64,000 bases of DNA, from contig CAWCKJ010000004.1 in the NCBI GenBank assembly GCA_963796105.1, positions 448,001 through 512,000 on the forward strand, written 5' to 3'. The DNA is from a candidate division FCPU426 bacterium. GTDB lineage: Bacteria > Oederibacteriota > Muellerivitia > Muellerivitales > Muellerivitaceae. A program made the translations under genes and the position numbers. The stretch's first letter is position 1; each line of letters starts with the position of its first letter. This document shows positions 17,764 to 29,596 of this stretch, in pieces. Below the pieces are notes generated by a model. That model had not been told where the DNA came from and did not search any database. It saw nothing but the letters and a program-made list of their open reading frames with translations.

Positions 17764-19437
17764 ATGCCGAACGCTCCCGAAAATGCCGCGGCTTTCCCGC
17801 CCTCCCGTTCGAGGGTGAAACCGAACGCGCCCTCCCTCCCTTGGTTTACCCGGGGGGACTTGGACGGCTTCTTCGGCCTTTTCATCGACAATCTCCTCCA
17901 GCTCATGCTGGTCATGGGCCTCTGCAAGGCCTTTTGCGGGCTTCCCGCTGATTTCATCGCGGGCCATATCCTTCCCGGCGCCGCCATTTCCATCCTATTG
18001 GGAAACCTTTTTTACGCCTGGCAGGCCCGCCGTTTGGCCATCGCCACCGGCCGTCCCGACGTGACCGCGCTACCCTTCGGCATCAACACCCCCAGCCTGA
18101 TCGCCTTCATCTTCCTGATCATGGCGCCCATCTACCAGGAAACGCACGACTCCCACCTGGCCTGGCAGGCCGGCCTCTTCGCTTGTTTCCTGAACGGGGT
18201 CATGGAATTCGCAGGCGCCTTCGTGGGGGACTGGCTCAGGCGAAACACGCCGCGCGCCGCCCTGCTTTGCGCCCTGGCCGGCATCGCCATCACCTTCATC
18301 GCAATGGGTTTCGTCTTCCAGATCTTCGCCTCCCCCCTCGTGGGACTCCTACCCATGATGCTGATCCTTCTTTCCTATTCCTCGAGGATCAAATGGCCCT
18401 TTTCCATCCCCGGGGGTTTCCTGGCGGTCCTGTTGGGAACCCTCCTGGCCTGGGCCTTCCACGCCATCATCGGGATTCCCCTGAATATTTCCTCCGACCC
18501 GATCCAATGGTCCTTCTACCCGCCCCAGCCAGTCCCCAACGACCTCTTCGCGCTTCTTGCGAGCCCCCTGGGCTGGAAATACCTGGCGGTCATTTTCCCG
18601 ATGGGTCTCTTTAACGTCATCGGGTCCCTGCAGAACCTGGAGAGCGCCGAGGCCGCGGGCGACCGGTACCAGACCAAGTCCTCCCTCATGACCAACGGCG
18701 TGGCCACCCTGGCGGCGGCCCTCCTGGGAAGCGCCTTTCCCACCACAATTTATATCGGCCATCCCGGGTGGAAGGCCATGGGCGCCAGGCACGGTTATTC
18801 CATCCTGAACGGGGTCATCATCACCCTGCTTTGCCTTTTCGGGGGCATCAGCCTGTTCCTCAAGGTGATCCCCCAGGAATGCATCCTGGGAATCCTTCTT
18901 TGGGTGGCCATCATCATCACCGCCCAGGCCTTCCAGGAAATCCCCAAGGACCACGCCCTGGCGGTGGCTTTCGGCCTGATTCCCGCCTTCGCGGCGTTCG
19001 TCCTTCAGATCGTGATCGAGCCCACCCTGGCCATCTCGGGGTCCTCGCTTTTCGCGGCCGCGGACAAGTTCGGGAGCATGCTTTACATCCGGGGAGTCAT
19101 CTTCCTCAGCCAGGGGTTCCTGCTGACCTCCATGATTTTCGCGGCCATCATGGTTTACATGATCGAGAGGAAATTCCTGAAGGCCAGCGAATGGACCTTC
19201 GCGGCTTCCATATTGTCTTTCATAGGACTAATCCACGCCTACCGCCTGACCGAAACGGGCCTCCAGAACAAATTCGGTTTCACCGCCGCCCCGGAGTTCG
19301 GCATCCTGTACCTGCTGGTGGCGGGAATCCTGTTGATCCTCCACTACAAGCAAAAATCGGACACGAAACCCTCCCGCCGGCAGAAAGCCAAAAAAGCCGA
19401 GCCAGAGTCCCCCAAAAGATCCGTCAGTTACCTTTAA
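17764..19437 (+). CDS. NCS2/AzgA-like nucleobase permease
   Basis: GDLDGFFGLF.DNL, VTALPFG, PTTIYIGHPGWKAMGAR.GYS; many TM helices. Confidence 0.75.
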   Translation: MPNAPENAAAFPPSRSRVKPNAPSLPWFTRGDLDGFFGLFIDNLLQLMLVMGLCKAFCGLPADFIAGHILPGAAISILLGNLFYAWQARRLAIATGRPDVTALPFGINTPSLIAFIFLIMAPIYQETHDSHLAWQAGLFACFLNGVMEFAGAFVGDWLRRNTPRAALLCALAGIAITFIAMGFVFQIFASPLVGLLPMMLILLSYSSRIKWPFSIPGGFLAVLLGTLLAWAFHAIIGIPLNISSDPIQWSFYPPQPVPNDLFALLASPLGWKYLAVIFPMGLFNVIGSLQNLESAEAAGDRYQTKSSLMTNGVATLAAALLGSAFPTTIYIGHPGWKAMGARHGYSILNGVIITLLCLFGGISLFLKVIPQECILGILLWVAIIITAQAFQEIPKDHALAVAFGLIPAFAAFVLQIVIEPTLAISGSSLFAAADKFGSMLYIRGVIFLSQGFLLTSMIFAAIMVYMIERKFLKASEWTFAASILSFIGLIHAYRLTETGLQNKFGFTAAPEFGILYLLVAGILLILHYKQKSDTKPSRRQKAKKAEPESPKRSVSYL

Positions 19438-19474
19438 TGCTTTTAGACCCGGGATTTATCCACGAGGCGAGCGA

Positions 19475-21577
19475 GTGTTAACCCCTCATCCCCTTTCCGC
19501 CGGATACGGCCATAACCGCTTCCTTTACTTACTTTATTTTTTAGTTTTCAATCTCACCCTTTCCTGCCTCAGCCTAAGCTCGTCCTCCCAATTGATCCTG
19601 GCTTTGATTGGATTGGGCTTTCCATTTTGGGTGGCCTTGAAAACTCCGGCCTTGCCCAGTGCTGAACCTCTTTTCGCCGGGGAATCACAAACGAAAATAC
19701 CCAAATGGGCGATCCTGGCGGTCTTGGCCGCGGCTGTGGTCCTGCGTTTCATCGGGCTCCAATCCATTCCAGGATGGCCCAACCTCGACGAGGGATGGAT
19801 CGGGACATTGGCCCTGGAATTAAGCCGTCATTGGCAATGGAAATTCTTTTTCACTTTCGGCCAAAGCCCCCCCTTGACGGTTTGGCTGGTGGCTATCCTG
19901 TTTCGTCTCGGAATGAATCCGTTTCTTTCCCTTTGGCTTCCCGCGGCTTTGGTTTCGGCATTGACGCTTCTAGCGGGATATTGGGCCGCCAAGCGCTTCC
20001 TCCCGGGGATCCCCGCCTTCATCTTCACCTGCCTGATGGGCTTTTCCTATTGGCCCCTCCTGATGGGGAGGGTCTGTCACCAGGGAATTTCCATCCCTCT
20101 CTTTGAATTCCTTTGCCTTTTGGCCCTCAGGCCCTTCCTAGGTTCAGAGTATCCGTCCAACGGCGGCTCGAAGGCTTTTCTCCTGGGTTTATTAGCCGGT
20201 CTGGGTTCCATAAGCTTCACACCCTGGCTGGTCGTAAGTCTTCTTATCATCTCGGTCTTTTGGTTCCTTCCCGGAAAGGGGAGGACAAACCAACCCGGAA
20301 ATTTCTTCCGGTTCTTGACTGGATTGCTTTTAGGTTTTATCCCATTTCTCCTGGGCGTCTATTCACAGGGCTTTGGGAGTCATATTTCCTCCGTCGCGGC
20401 CTGGAGCGGCTGGTTTCCCTGGAAACACCAGGGCGCCACCCTTTGGCGTTATTTCACCTGCCTTTTCTGGGTAACCGACCCCGAGGACGCCTATACCCCG
20501 GTTCGCTGGGGCTTTCTGAATCCCATTCTGGGAGCATTTTTTTGGGTGGGATTGTTGGAGCTTGTTTCCAACCGTTCCAGGACCTGGGTGAAATGGTTTT
20601 TGGTTTCCATCCCCATCCTGATACTTCCAGGTATTCTCTCCATGAATGTGGAGGCTTTTCGGATCGTTCAGGTTCTTCCGCCACTTCTTTTCATCACGGC
20701 TCTTGGCATACATTCCTCGCTCGCGCCCCTTCTTCCTGGAAAGAAAGGCGCTGTCTTGGCCGGGGTCCTTCTTCTTTCAACCTCAATCGATCTCTATAAC
20801 TTGGTCCAGCCCCTCGCGGATTACAGGCAACATCCCGGGGATTTCGGCCGTCCCGTGAAATCAGCGGAAAGATTCGAGACTTACCAGCTCTTCGCGTCCG
20901 CGAGCCAAGATAAAGGCCCGGGCCTGGTCTTCACTGATTTCGACCCAAATTCGTACAATGATCCCACCCTTTCAGTGGCAGTCTACCCCTTCAACGCGGC
21001 TCGGAATTCAAGCTTGAACCCCCTTCAAGCGCGTTGGGCCGGCGTTTTTGTGAACGTCCATTTTCTCCCTTTCCTGAAAATACGGTTTCCCGAAGGCCGA
21101 TGGGAATGGGTCGGAAAGGGCATCCCGTCCCCCGACGGAGGCTACCTGGCGGGAGTGATCCCGGTCACGGATGAAAATCGGGCGCTCTTCCTTCGTTGGC
21201 TGTCCGCTCACGATGCCTTTCAAAAAGCCGACCTGGAAAGGTATTTTCAGGAAAGGGAAAATTTCGACTCCCTCCTGGGCGCACTCCGGGAGGCCGCCCC
21301 AGCCGTCTCGGGGGATCGTTTCCTGGAATCGGTCTATTGGAGAAAGACCGCGGCTTTTGACTATGGAAAGCTGGACCTGAATTCCCATCTGCGGGCCTAC
21401 CAGCAGGCGGCCCTCAAGGGCTACCCTACAGCCGATCTCTTCTATAACTGGGGCCAGTTATTTTTGACCCTAGGGAACCTGCCCGAGGCCAAGAAAGCCT
21501 TCGAATGGGCTGTCCGGGCGCCCCTGGATCTGACCCCGGCCAAGGAAGCGCTGAAGGCTTTAAATAGCCGGCCTTAG
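19475..21577 (+). CDS. GT-C (PMT/ArnT-like) membrane glycosyltransferase with C-terminal TPR
   Basis: LRF...WPNLDE catalytic loop, many TM helices, terminal YNWGQLFLTLGNLPEAKKAFEWA TPR. Confidence 0.7.
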   Translation: MLTPHPLSAGYGHNRFLYLLYFLVFNLTLSCLSLSSSSQLILALIGLGFPFWVALKTPALPSAEPLFAGESQTKIPKWAILAVLAAAVVLRFIGLQSIPGWPNLDEGWIGTLALELSRHWQWKFFFTFGQSPPLTVWLVAILFRLGMNPFLSLWLPAALVSALTLLAGYWAAKRFLPGIPAFIFTCLMGFSYWPLLMGRVCHQGISIPLFEFLCLLALRPFLGSEYPSNGGSKAFLLGLLAGLGSISFTPWLVVSLLIISVFWFLPGKGRTNQPGNFFRFLTGLLLGFIPFLLGVYSQGFGSHISSVAAWSGWFPWKHQGATLWRYFTCLFWVTDPEDAYTPVRWGFLNPILGAFFWVGLLELVSNRSRTWVKWFLVSIPILILPGILSMNVEAFRIVQVLPPLLFITALGIHSSLAPLLPGKKGAVLAGVLLLSTSIDLYNLVQPLADYRQHPGDFGRPVKSAERFETYQLFASASQDKGPGLVFTDFDPNSYNDPTLSVAVYPFNAARNSSLNPLQARWAGVFVNVHFLPFLKIRFPEGRWEWVGKGIPSPDGGYLAGVIPVTDENRALFLRWLSAHDAFQKADLERYFQERENFDSLLGALREAAPAVSGDRFLESVYWRKTAAFDYGKLDLNSHLRAYQQAALKGYPTADLFYNWGQLFLTLGNLPEAKKAFEWAVRAPLDLTPAKEALKALNSRP

Positions 21578-21692
21578 CCACATCCCCCCATCTCTGGCCT
21601 CTGATGGGCAAGGTTCAAGCCCTCAAACGGTTGGTGAAATCAGAAAGAAATCCGGTTATCATGCCCCCTCAATTTCCCCAAGCGAGGATCAA

Positions 21693-22496
21693 GTGAGTTT
21701 TTTTAAATTTCTCCTGTTGGTCTTGTTCTTGTTTCCCATTTCAACCTTCGGGGACGAGGCTGAAAACGCTGCGGCCTCCGCCGCCGGACCCACGGATGTC
21801 GGCGCCATCCCGGAGTCGGCCTTCCATTGGAAGAAATCCTGCACCACTGAGGGGATCAACCTTTACTGGAGCAGGGTGGAAAACAGCCCCATCATCGCCT
21901 TCAAGGGCGACGGGATCGTGGATTCGCCCATCGAGAAGGTGGCCTCGGTCATGATTGACACCCACCGCGGGACGGAGTGGGTGGACAGTCTCCTCGAATC
22001 CCGCGTGATTCGGTCCATATCACCCACTGAGTTCATCGAGTATGACCACGTGGGCACCCCCTTCATCATGTCCAACCGGGATTTCGTCTCCCATGTTTTT
22101 GTCGAGGCGGATCCCAGGACGCGCCGGATGGTGGTGAAATTCCTCCCGGCGGAGGACCCCCTTGTGCCTCCCCTCAAAAAATACGTGAGGGGCGTGATGA
22201 CCTGCGTTTACAAGCTGGTTCCCATGACCTATTCGGACGAGACCTACGTGGAAGCCGAGATTCACTGCGATCCCAAGGGAGGGGTGCCGAAGTGGCTGGT
22301 CAATTGGTTCCAGGAAGGCTGGCCCGAGACCACATTCATGAACTTGCGCAAACAAATGCTGAAGCCCAACCAGATCGTCCTGCCCGTCGTGGAGGAATTA
22401 TTGAAAGCCCCTCCGGTAACCCTGGTCCAATCCGCCAAAACCCGGCCGCTCCGGCCCTTGACGCGCCGCGCCGCCAGCGCCACCGTTAACAACTGA
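21693..22496 (+). CDS. Secreted START-domain lipid-binding protein
   Basis: Signal peptide; PFIMSNRDFV, DPKGGVPKWLVN. Confidence 0.8.
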   Translation: MSFFKFLLLVLFLFPISTFGDEAENAAASAAGPTDVGAIPESAFHWKKSCTTEGINLYWSRVENSPIIAFKGDGIVDSPIEKVASVMIDTHRGTEWVDSLLESRVIRSISPTEFIEYDHVGTPFIMSNRDFVSHVFVEADPRTRRMVVKFLPAEDPLVPPLKKYVRGVMTCVYKLVPMTYSDETYVEAEIHCDPKGGVPKWLVNWFQEGWPETTFMNLRKQMLKPNQIVLPVVEELLKAPPVTLVQSAKTRPLRPLTRRAASATVNN

Positions 22497-22537
22497 ACGG
22501 TGTGTTGGTTTAAACAATTACGAAGCGGCGCCTTTTG

Positions 22538-24439
22538 TCACTGGGAAACGCCCACTTCCTTGATCGGCAGTTTCAAAGTGAACATCGCCCCCCGTGGCGA
22601 AACCCCCTCCGCCTGGATCTCTCCCCCGTAGCTCCGGGCCACTTTCTGGCAAACGGATAGGCCCAGGCCCGACCCGCCTTGCTTGGTGGTAAAAAAGGGC
22701 TCGAAGATCCGGCCCTTCACGTCCTCCGGAATGCCGGGGCCGTCATCCATCACCCTGAAGTTGAACCAACCCTCCGCTTTCCCGCATCCAAGCGTCAGCG
22801 ACCCTTCCTCCCCCATCGCCTGGAAGGCGTTCAAGATCAGGTTCACCAAAACCTGCTGGATACGGTGCTGGTTGACGTTCAAGGAAAGCATCCCCTTCTC
22901 GAATTCCCAATTGATCATAAACTTGGCGTTTTTGGGTCCGAATTGAACCTGGGCCAATCTCAGCGAGGCGTTGAAAAGATCCATGGCGTCCAGGACGCTT
23001 TTTTCCTCCATGGATTTGTCCCTGGTGTAGTCCAGGGTGTCGTTCACCAATTCCTTCAGCCTCTGGGTTTGTTCCAGGATGTTCCTCAGCTGCTCCTCCG
23101 CTTCCGGCATACCCTGGAGCTTTTGCATCAGGTATTGGGTGGAAAGGGATATTCCCGAAAGGGGGTTACGGATCTCATGGGCCATTCCCGCCGCCATTTC
23201 CCCGATGGTTCCGAGCCGCTCGTACTTGAGGAGCGCCTGTTCGGCTTTTTTCCGGTCGGTCAAGTCCCGTAACAACGCCACGGCCATCGGCTGGCCCTCG
23301 AACTGGATGGAAAAACTCAGGACCTCCACCGGGACCTGCTCCCTGTTCTTGCGGATGATCCTTCTCTCCGCGGGAGGGGCGTACCGGTCCCCCCTCGCCA
23401 GTTTCTGGACACGATCAATCACGGGTTCCCGGAATTCGGGGGGAATCAATATAAAGGGGGATCGTCCCAGCAGTTCCTCCTCTTTCTCAAACCCTGTCAG
23501 GCACAGGAAAGCCGGGTTGACGTAGTATATCTTGTCGAGGGAATGCACCATGATGGCGTCCGGGGAGAACTCGATCAAGTTGCGGAAATTTTCCTCCGAC
23601 CGTTTCAGGGCCTTTTCCGACGCCCTCTTTTCAGTGACGTCCCTTCCGTTCACGACAATGCCGGCCACCGAGGGATCATGAAGCAGATTGGTGACCGACA
23701 TCTCAAACAATCCGAAGGTCCCGTCCTTTTTTCGCACGTGTAATTCAGTGTTGATAGGCACCCCCGGTTGTGCCATGGTCCTGGACATCACCTCATGGGC
23801 CAGGGGCACTTCCGATTCGGGATGGTTGTTATAGGTGGTTCCACCACGCTCGCCCGGTTTGAAACCCAATATCCTTTCCAGGGAAGGGCTTTCGTATATT
23901 CTTTTTCCATCCTTATCCAGAATGGAGAATTGCTCATAGGCGTTTTCAACCAGCGCCCGGAATTTACGCTCCGATCTTTCCAAGGCCTCCTCGGCCGACC
24001 GCCTTTCGGTCATGTCCCGGAAATTCAGGATGATTCCCTTCATGATGGGATTCTTCAAGTGGTTGGTGGCCAAGGCCTCAATGGTGCGCCACTCGCCGTT
24101 GTTGTGCTTGATCCGCATTTGGGCGGAGACGGTGGCTCCCGGTTTATTGATCAAATCCTCGAATGACTTTCGGACGCGGGGTAAATCCTCCGGGTGGATG
24201 ATCTCAAAAAAGGACCGGCCCAACCGGTCCTGGATCCGGCGCCCCAGGATTTTCTCGTAGGAGGGGCTGATATAAGTGGACTTTCCGGATTGGTCAATCA
24301 AAGCGATGGCGTCTTGGGAATTCTCAATGAGGCTTCGGAATTTATCCTCGGAGAGCCTCAGACTTTTCTTTGGCTTTGGGTCCGATACGGTTTTTCGGGA
24401 ATGGATCTTTGATTTTTTTGATTTTTTCCTAATTTTCAT
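22538..24439 (-). CDS. Cytoplasmic 3xPAS sensor histidine kinase
   Basis: Three PAS-PAC repeats; AHEIRNPL H-box; NLILNA, DDGPGI, FEPFFTTK, GLGL boxes. Confidence 0.92.
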   Translation of the reverse strand: MKIRKKSKKSKIHSRKTVSDPKPKKSLRLSEDKFRSLIENSQDAIALIDQSGKSTYISPSYEKILGRRIQDRLGRSFFEIIHPEDLPRVRKSFEDLINKPGATVSAQMRIKHNNGEWRTIEALATNHLKNPIMKGIILNFRDMTERRSAEEALERSERKFRALVENAYEQFSILDKDGKRIYESPSLERILGFKPGERGGTTYNNHPESEVPLAHEVMSRTMAQPGVPINTELHVRKKDGTFGLFEMSVTNLLHDPSVAGIVVNGRDVTEKRASEKALKRSEENFRNLIEFSPDAIMVHSLDKIYYVNPAFLCLTGFEKEEELLGRSPFILIPPEFREPVIDRVQKLARGDRYAPPAERRIIRKNREQVPVEVLSFSIQFEGQPMAVALLRDLTDRKKAEQALLKYERLGTIGEMAAGMAHEIRNPLSGISLSTQYLMQKLQGMPEAEEQLRNILEQTQRLKELVNDTLDYTRDKSMEEKSVLDAMDLFNASLRLAQVQFGPKNAKFMINWEFEKGMLSLNVNQHRIQQVLVNLILNAFQAMGEEGSLTLGCGKAEGWFNFRVMDDGPGIPEDVKGRIFEPFFTTKQGGSGLGLSVCQKVARSYGGEIQAEGVSPRGAMFTLKLPIKEVGVSQ

Positions 24440-24618
24440 GGTCCATCCTTACCGTAGCGGAGCCAAGGAATGATGGGAAAAAGTGGGTTTTTAAACAAAA
24501 AAATAATTTTGCCATGTTTGTGATACCCAGAAGGAAAATATACTCAGCAAATATTGATAGTATATCTCTTATATCTCAGGGTCAATGAAGGACTTGGGAT
24601 TTCAGGAATCTAAGTGGT

Positions 24619-25095
24619 TTAATTGTCCTTGGGAATGACGCTGATCTGGCCGTTTTCCTCCAGCACCGCGAAGCGAACTTTTTCTACTTCCCCCACTCCG
24701 CTTCGCCGCAAAGCCCCTTGGAGGTCCTCCAGGGTGATTCTTTCCTTTTCCAGCCGTTGATGCAGGATCTTTCCGTTATGAACCAGCAGGGTAGGCCCCC
24801 CCTCCAGCAGGCGCCTCGCGGGTTTGAAACGGTAGGAGACTTCCACCACGATGTAATTCAAGAAGAGGATGGCCACGGCCCCGATCAGGCCCCCGCCGAG
24901 CGAGTTGTCGTTTCCGATGACCGCGTTCTGGACGACGTTGGAGATGATGAGAAGCACCACCAGGTCGAAAGGCGTCAACTGCCCCACCTGCCTTTTTCCG
25001 CTGAACCGGAAGGCTATCAGAAGGAACAGATAAACGACGAAGGACCGCAGTATTTTTTCCCAGATGGGAATGTCCGGAATCCATAAATGTCCCAT
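24619..25095 (-). CDS. DUF421 (YetF-like) membrane protein
   Basis: GKRQVGQLTPFDLV, LEENGQISVI. Confidence 0.85.
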   Translation of the reverse strand: MGHLWIPDIPIWEKILRSFVVYLFLLIAFRFSGKRQVGQLTPFDLVVLLIISNVVQNAVIGNDNSLGGGLIGAVAILFLNYIVVEVSYRFKPARRLLEGGPTLLVHNGKILHQRLEKERITLEDLQGALRRSGVGEVEKVRFAVLEENGQISVIPKDN

Positions 25096-25144
25096 GAACC
25101 CTCCAAGAATCCTTCAGCACCTGTTAGTGCTTGAAACCCAATCC

Positions 25145-25531
25145 TCATCCCAGGGTGGCATCGGCCTCGATTTCCACCAGCATCTCGGCGTCGATCAGCC
25201 TCCCCACTTCCACGATGGTCGTGGCGGGGCGGATGTCCTTGAAAAACTCCCCATGGGCCTTGCCGTATTTTTCCCATTCATTGATTCGGGTCACGAACAT
25301 GCGGGTTCGCACCACGTGCTTCAGCGTCGCCCCGGCCTTTTGCAGGGCCGTCTCGATATTTTTCAGCGCCTGGGTCGTCTGGACATAGGGATCGCCGGGA
25401 CCCACGACCTTCCCGTCTGGGCCTGTGGCGGTCGTGCCTGAGACATGGATCTCGTTGCCCACCTTCACAGCGCGGGAATAACCCAGGATCGGCTCCCATT
25501 TGGAGCCTGTGCTGATATTTTCACGCGTCAT
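25145..25531 (-). CDS. RidA/YjgF-family protein
   Basis: [36 protein letters not shown]. Confidence 0.9.
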   Translation of the reverse strand: MTRENISTGSKWEPILGYSRAVKVGNEIHVSGTTATGPDGKVVGPGDPYVQTTQALKNIETALQKAGATLKHVVRTRMFVTRINEWEKYGKAHGEFFKDIRPATTIVEVGRLIDAEMLVEIEADATLG

Positions 25532-25753
25532 GACACTCTCCTAGATTGAATTTAAAGTCTCTATTAAAACCGCAGACCATGCACAGTGGCGATTTCCACC
25601 ACACAGTTAGACGTTTTAAATCCTTTGATTATGGAGCTTTCCCATTCTGTGTCTCTGTGCGCCTCCGAAGGAGGCCTGTGGTGAAAGCCTTTTTGTTAGA
25701 AGTGCTTATTTAACACAACGCTGAAAAACAAAAAGGCGGGCACGGCTTATGAT

Positions 25754-26257
25754 TTATTTTTTCCGATCTAATATTTCCTTCACTTTTTCCTCGTCCATGA
25801 CCATGTACATCTCATAGCGGTGCAGGTTGGGGCCGTAATAATTCTGGGTAATGCGGTAGGTGACGAATCCCATTCTAACGAAAAACTCCACGCTGTTTTG
25901 GCTGGCGTCCAGGCGCACCACCTTCACCTTCGGGTCCCCCGCCAGGATGGAGAGGCGGTACTTGAGGAGAATCTCGTCCAGGTTCTGCCCGTGGAATTCC
26001 CGGTGGACCATTCCCCAGCAAAGGGTGGCGGACCCTCCGTCATCCCCCAAGCCGTAGCCCCCGCAGGCCGTGATTTTCCCGGCCCCATCCTCCACCACGT
26101 AAAAATTCTTAGGCTTCCCGTCCAAATACCCGATGAATTTTTCCCTCTCATCGGGAACGAAAAACTTCGGGGCGTTTCCATCGAAAATTTCGAGGCAGGG
26201 TTCTTTATCGGAAACCTGGTAGGGCCTGGGGCTGCCCTTATCCTCGAATGAAATCAT
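25754..26257 (-). CDS. GNAT-family N-acetyltransferase
   Basis: ACGG, WGMVHREFHGQNL, FFVRMGF; the acetyl-CoA motif is slightly degenerate. Confidence 0.75.
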   Translation of the reverse strand: MISFEDKGSPRPYQVSDKEPCLEIFDGNAPKFFVPDEREKFIGYLDGKPKNFYVVEDGAGKITACGGYGLGDDGGSATLCWGMVHREFHGQNLDEILLKYRLSILAGDPKVKVVRLDASQNSVEFFVRMGFVTYRITQNYYGPNLHRYEMYMVMDEEKVKEILDRKK

Positions 26258-26342
26258 GGTGGCTCCGTGAATCGCTTCCCGTCAAGAGCGCACTCGCGCT
26301 CGGACTGAAAAGAAAAATTGGATTATTCCGGCTCAAAGAATC

Positions 26343-26660
26343 TTAGGCTGCCCCGGTCTTGCGCGGGGCGTTCACCTGCTTCTGGAAATTAGCAGGAGCC
26401 TGGGGCCTGAGCGGCCCCCCTTTTTCATGCTTGTGGTGGTCGTGGGGATGGTCATGGCCCGCGTGGTCATGGCCCTCTTCTTTTTCCTCCGCCTTCGCCT
26501 TGGCGGCCGCGTCGGCGTTGGTCTTGGACAAGGCCCCGCTTTGCTCCTTCTCGTCCGCCTCGAGGTGGCATTTCTTGTATTTCTTGCCGGACCCGCAAGG
26601 GCAGGGCTCGTTCCGGCCCGTTTTTAATCTTTGTAGGTAATCCCCTTCCGCCATAACCAT
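26343..26660 (-). CDS. SEC-C zinc-motif protein with His-rich tract
   Basis: [33 protein letters not shown]. Confidence 0.8.
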   Translation of the reverse strand: MVMAEGDYLQRLKTGRNEPCPCGSGKKYKKCHLEADEKEQSGALSKTNADAAAKAKAEEKEEGHDHAGHDHPHDHHKHEKGGPLRPQAPANFQKQVNAPRKTGAA

Positions 26661-26861
26661 TCTCCTTGAGTGATTCTTGAATTACGCGCCTCATTATACC
26701 GGAATAACCGGCAAGAAGTTAGAAACACCGGGCGAAGTTCGGCCATCCCCTTGATCCTCAAATTCCTCCCTTGGGCCTTTCCTTCGGGAAGCCTTCCGCC
26801 TAATATGTACGCCTAAAAACCAGCCCCTGACTGGGGCCCAATATTTCCCGGGGAGAACCAG

Positions 26862-28871
26862 ATGCCCAGGCCTTTCGACCCAGCCGACCAACTTGCCATT
26901 AACGCCATCAGGATGCTGGCCGTGGACGCCACGCGCAAGGCCAATTCGGGCCATCCCGGCATGCCCATGGGCATGGCCCCAGCCGCCCATGTCCTTTGGA
27001 GCCGCCATTTAAGCCATAATCCCTCGAACCCCCATTGGGAAAACCGGGACCGTTTCGTGCTTTCAGCCGGCCATGGCTCCATGCTCCTCTATTCTCTCCT
27101 GCACCTGCACGGCTATAACCTTTCCCTGGAGGACCTGAAAAATTTCAGGCAATGGGGCAGTAAGACCCCCGGCCATCCCGAGGTGGGCCACACCGAGGGT
27201 GTGGAAACCACCACCGGACCCCTGGGTCAGGGCATCGCCACGGCTGTCGGTATGGCCATAGCCGAGAGGGCGTTGGCCGCGCGGTTCGGAAACGACCTGG
27301 TGGACCACAGGACCTGGGTCATCGCCTCCGACGGCGACTTGATGGAGGGGGTTTCCCATGAGTCCTGTTCCCTGGTAGGCCACCTGAAGCTTTCCCGCCT
27401 GAAAGTCATTTACGACGACAACCACATTTCCATCGAAGGCGATACCAACCTGGCCTACAGCGAGGACGCCCTGAAGCGTTTCGAGTCCTATGGATGGCAC
27501 ACCCTGAGGGTGACGGATGGCAACGACCTGGAGGCGCTGGATAGGGCCATGGCCGAGGCCGAGGCGGAAACCAAGCGCCCCACCTTGATCGCGGTGCGCA
27601 CCCATATCGGTTACGGAAGCCCCCTGCAGGACAACCCCAAGGTCCATGGTTCCGCCATGCCTCCCGAGGACATCAAGAAAACGAAGGAATTTTTCAAGTG
27701 GCCCCAAGAGCCGACTTTTTATATTCCCGAAGAGGCGAAGAAGCGCTGCATGGAATCTGTGGAAAAAGGAAAGAAAGCCGAGGCGGAATGGAACGCCCGC
27801 AGGGACTCTTTCGCCAAGGCCCAACCAGCCCCCTTTCAACTTTACCAGGCGGCTCTTCACAAGGATTTGCCTGCGGATTTGACGAAAAAACTTCCGACCT
27901 TCCCTCCCGACACGAAGGGTATCGCCACCAGAACCGCCTCCGGCAAGGTCATCAATTTCCTCGCCAAGGAAATCCCCTTCCTGTTGGGTGGATCGGCCGA
28001 CTTGGCAGGTTCCAATGACACGCTCATTGACGGGGGCGGGGATTTCGAGGCCGACCAGTACCAGGGCCGTATATTCCATTTCGGGGTGCGCGAGCACGCC
28101 ATGGCCGCGGCCATGAACGGGATGGCCCTGCACGGGGGGGTCATACCCTTCGGCGGAACCTTTATGATGTTCAACGACTATATGAAACCCGCCTTCCGGC
28201 TGGCTCACTTGATGGGAGTCCAATCCATTTTCATTTTCACCCACGATTCCATCGGGCAGGGCGAGGACGGTCCGACCCATCAGCCGGTGGAGACTTTAGC
28301 CTCCATGAGGTCCACCCCCAATTCCTGCGTCATCCGGCCGGCCGATGCCAGCGAAGTACCGTTTGCCTGGCTCGTGGCTCTCGAGAGGAAGAACGCCCCC
28401 ACGACCCTGGTCTTTACCCGCCAGGCTGTTCCCACTTTTGACCGGGCCAGCCTTGGCCCAGCCTCAGGCCTATTGAAAGGGGTTTATATCCTGTCGGAAG
28501 CGAAGGGTGGAAAACCCCAGGTCGTTTTGATTGGAACCGGGTCCGAGGTTCAGCTATGCCTGAAGGCCCAGGAAATGCTGGCAACGGAAGGAATCCAAGC
28601 CCGTGTGGTCAGCGCCCCCTCCCTGGAATTGTTCGCCTCCCAGCCAGCTTCCTACCAGGACGAGGTTCTTCCCCCAACTCTTAAAGCCCGTGTCGTTGTG
28701 GAAGCGGCCGTATCCTTTGGCTGGCACCGTTGGGCCGGACCTCATGGTAAGTTCGTAACCCTGGACCGCTTCGGGGCCAGCGCCCCAGGCCCCATTGCCA
28801 TGAAAAACCTGGGTTTCACCCCAGAAAAAGTCGTCGCCTTCGCCAAGGAAAGCCTTAATTCCTTGAAATAA
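26862..28871 (+). CDS. tkt: Transketolase
   Basis: [38 protein letters not shown]. Confidence 0.97.
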   Translation: MPRPFDPADQLAINAIRMLAVDATRKANSGHPGMPMGMAPAAHVLWSRHLSHNPSNPHWENRDRFVLSAGHGSMLLYSLLHLHGYNLSLEDLKNFRQWGSKTPGHPEVGHTEGVETTTGPLGQGIATAVGMAIAERALAARFGNDLVDHRTWVIASDGDLMEGVSHESCSLVGHLKLSRLKVIYDDNHISIEGDTNLAYSEDALKRFESYGWHTLRVTDGNDLEALDRAMAEAEAETKRPTLIAVRTHIGYGSPLQDNPKVHGSAMPPEDIKKTKEFFKWPQEPTFYIPEEAKKRCMESVEKGKKAEAEWNARRDSFAKAQPAPFQLYQAALHKDLPADLTKKLPTFPPDTKGIATRTASGKVINFLAKEIPFLLGGSADLAGSNDTLIDGGGDFEADQYQGRIFHFGVREHAMAAAMNGMALHGGVIPFGGTFMMFNDYMKPAFRLAHLMGVQSIFIFTHDSIGQGEDGPTHQPVETLASMRSTPNSCVIRPADASEVPFAWLVALERKNAPTTLVFTRQAVPTFDRASLGPASGLLKGVYILSEAKGGKPQVVLIGTGSEVQLCLKAQEMLATEGIQARVVSAPSLELFASQPASYQDEVLPPTLKARVVVEAAVSFGWHRWAGPHGKFVTLDRFGASAPGPIAMKNLGFTPEKVVAFAKESLNSLK

Positions 28872-28880
28872 ACTCAAAGT

Positions 28881-28981
28881 TGTCATTGCGAACCGCGAAT
28901 TTTGCGGGGTGCTTGAAGCGCGTTGGCCCTTTGGGCCAAGCGTGGTTGGCCGTAGGCCAACTACAACCCCAGTTTGAATAA
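28881..28981 (+). repeat. Variant of repeat E carrying a different double-hairpin insert
   Basis: TGTCATTGCGA...[TTGGCCC-TTT-GGGCCAA; GTTGGCC-GTA-GGCCAAC]...CAACCCCAGTTTGAAT. Confidence 0.6.
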
Positions 28982-29596
28982 TCCCGTTCATTGGTGTCAT
29001 CTACCAACAGGGGTGCTAACCCATTAAACGGAACTGGGATAACCCGTTAAACGGAAGATAACCCGCCCACATTCTTGGGAACATCCGTCGGTAAAGGTGA
29101 TGAGGCCGCCCAAAAGTACGAGGAGGTCCTACTCCTGAATCCAGATGAATTTTTATACTCGGAATACGCGAGGGAACGCATCAAAAGAATTGGTTTTATC
29201 ACTCCCAAAAAAAAGGTTGGCGCAACTCCTATACCTACTATTGGCATCGATAAATGGCGTAAGTTTTTGGAATTTTCCTCACGATGGTGAATCACTAAAA
29301 GCCATGAGGCTTAGGACACCTTTGAACAAGACCGGCTTTACTCGATGATTTAATCGGGGTATTTTAAGCAAATAAAATTTGCATATTTATCGTGTAATTC
29401 GGGCTGAGTCTGCTATTCTTGTTGGGTCTAATCGCTTGTGCTTCATCGATTTAGCCATAAATCGAGTTTTGTTTTATTTGCCTCTGAAATTACTTTCATT
29501 GGAAGTTTTCACACCGGACTAATCAAATATCAATAAACCATGAGCAGCCAAATCCCAAAAAGCTGAACAACATTAAAGGAAAGGATTGTATTTTTT

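Noticed and set aside
22497..22545. Response regulator expected after the histidine kinase
   Set aside because: The overlapping GTG frame stops after 7 codons; orphan kinases are common.
29047..29348. Short ORFs between tkt and rho, one with a TPR-like stretch
   Set aside because: No good start or RBS; at most a decayed fragment.
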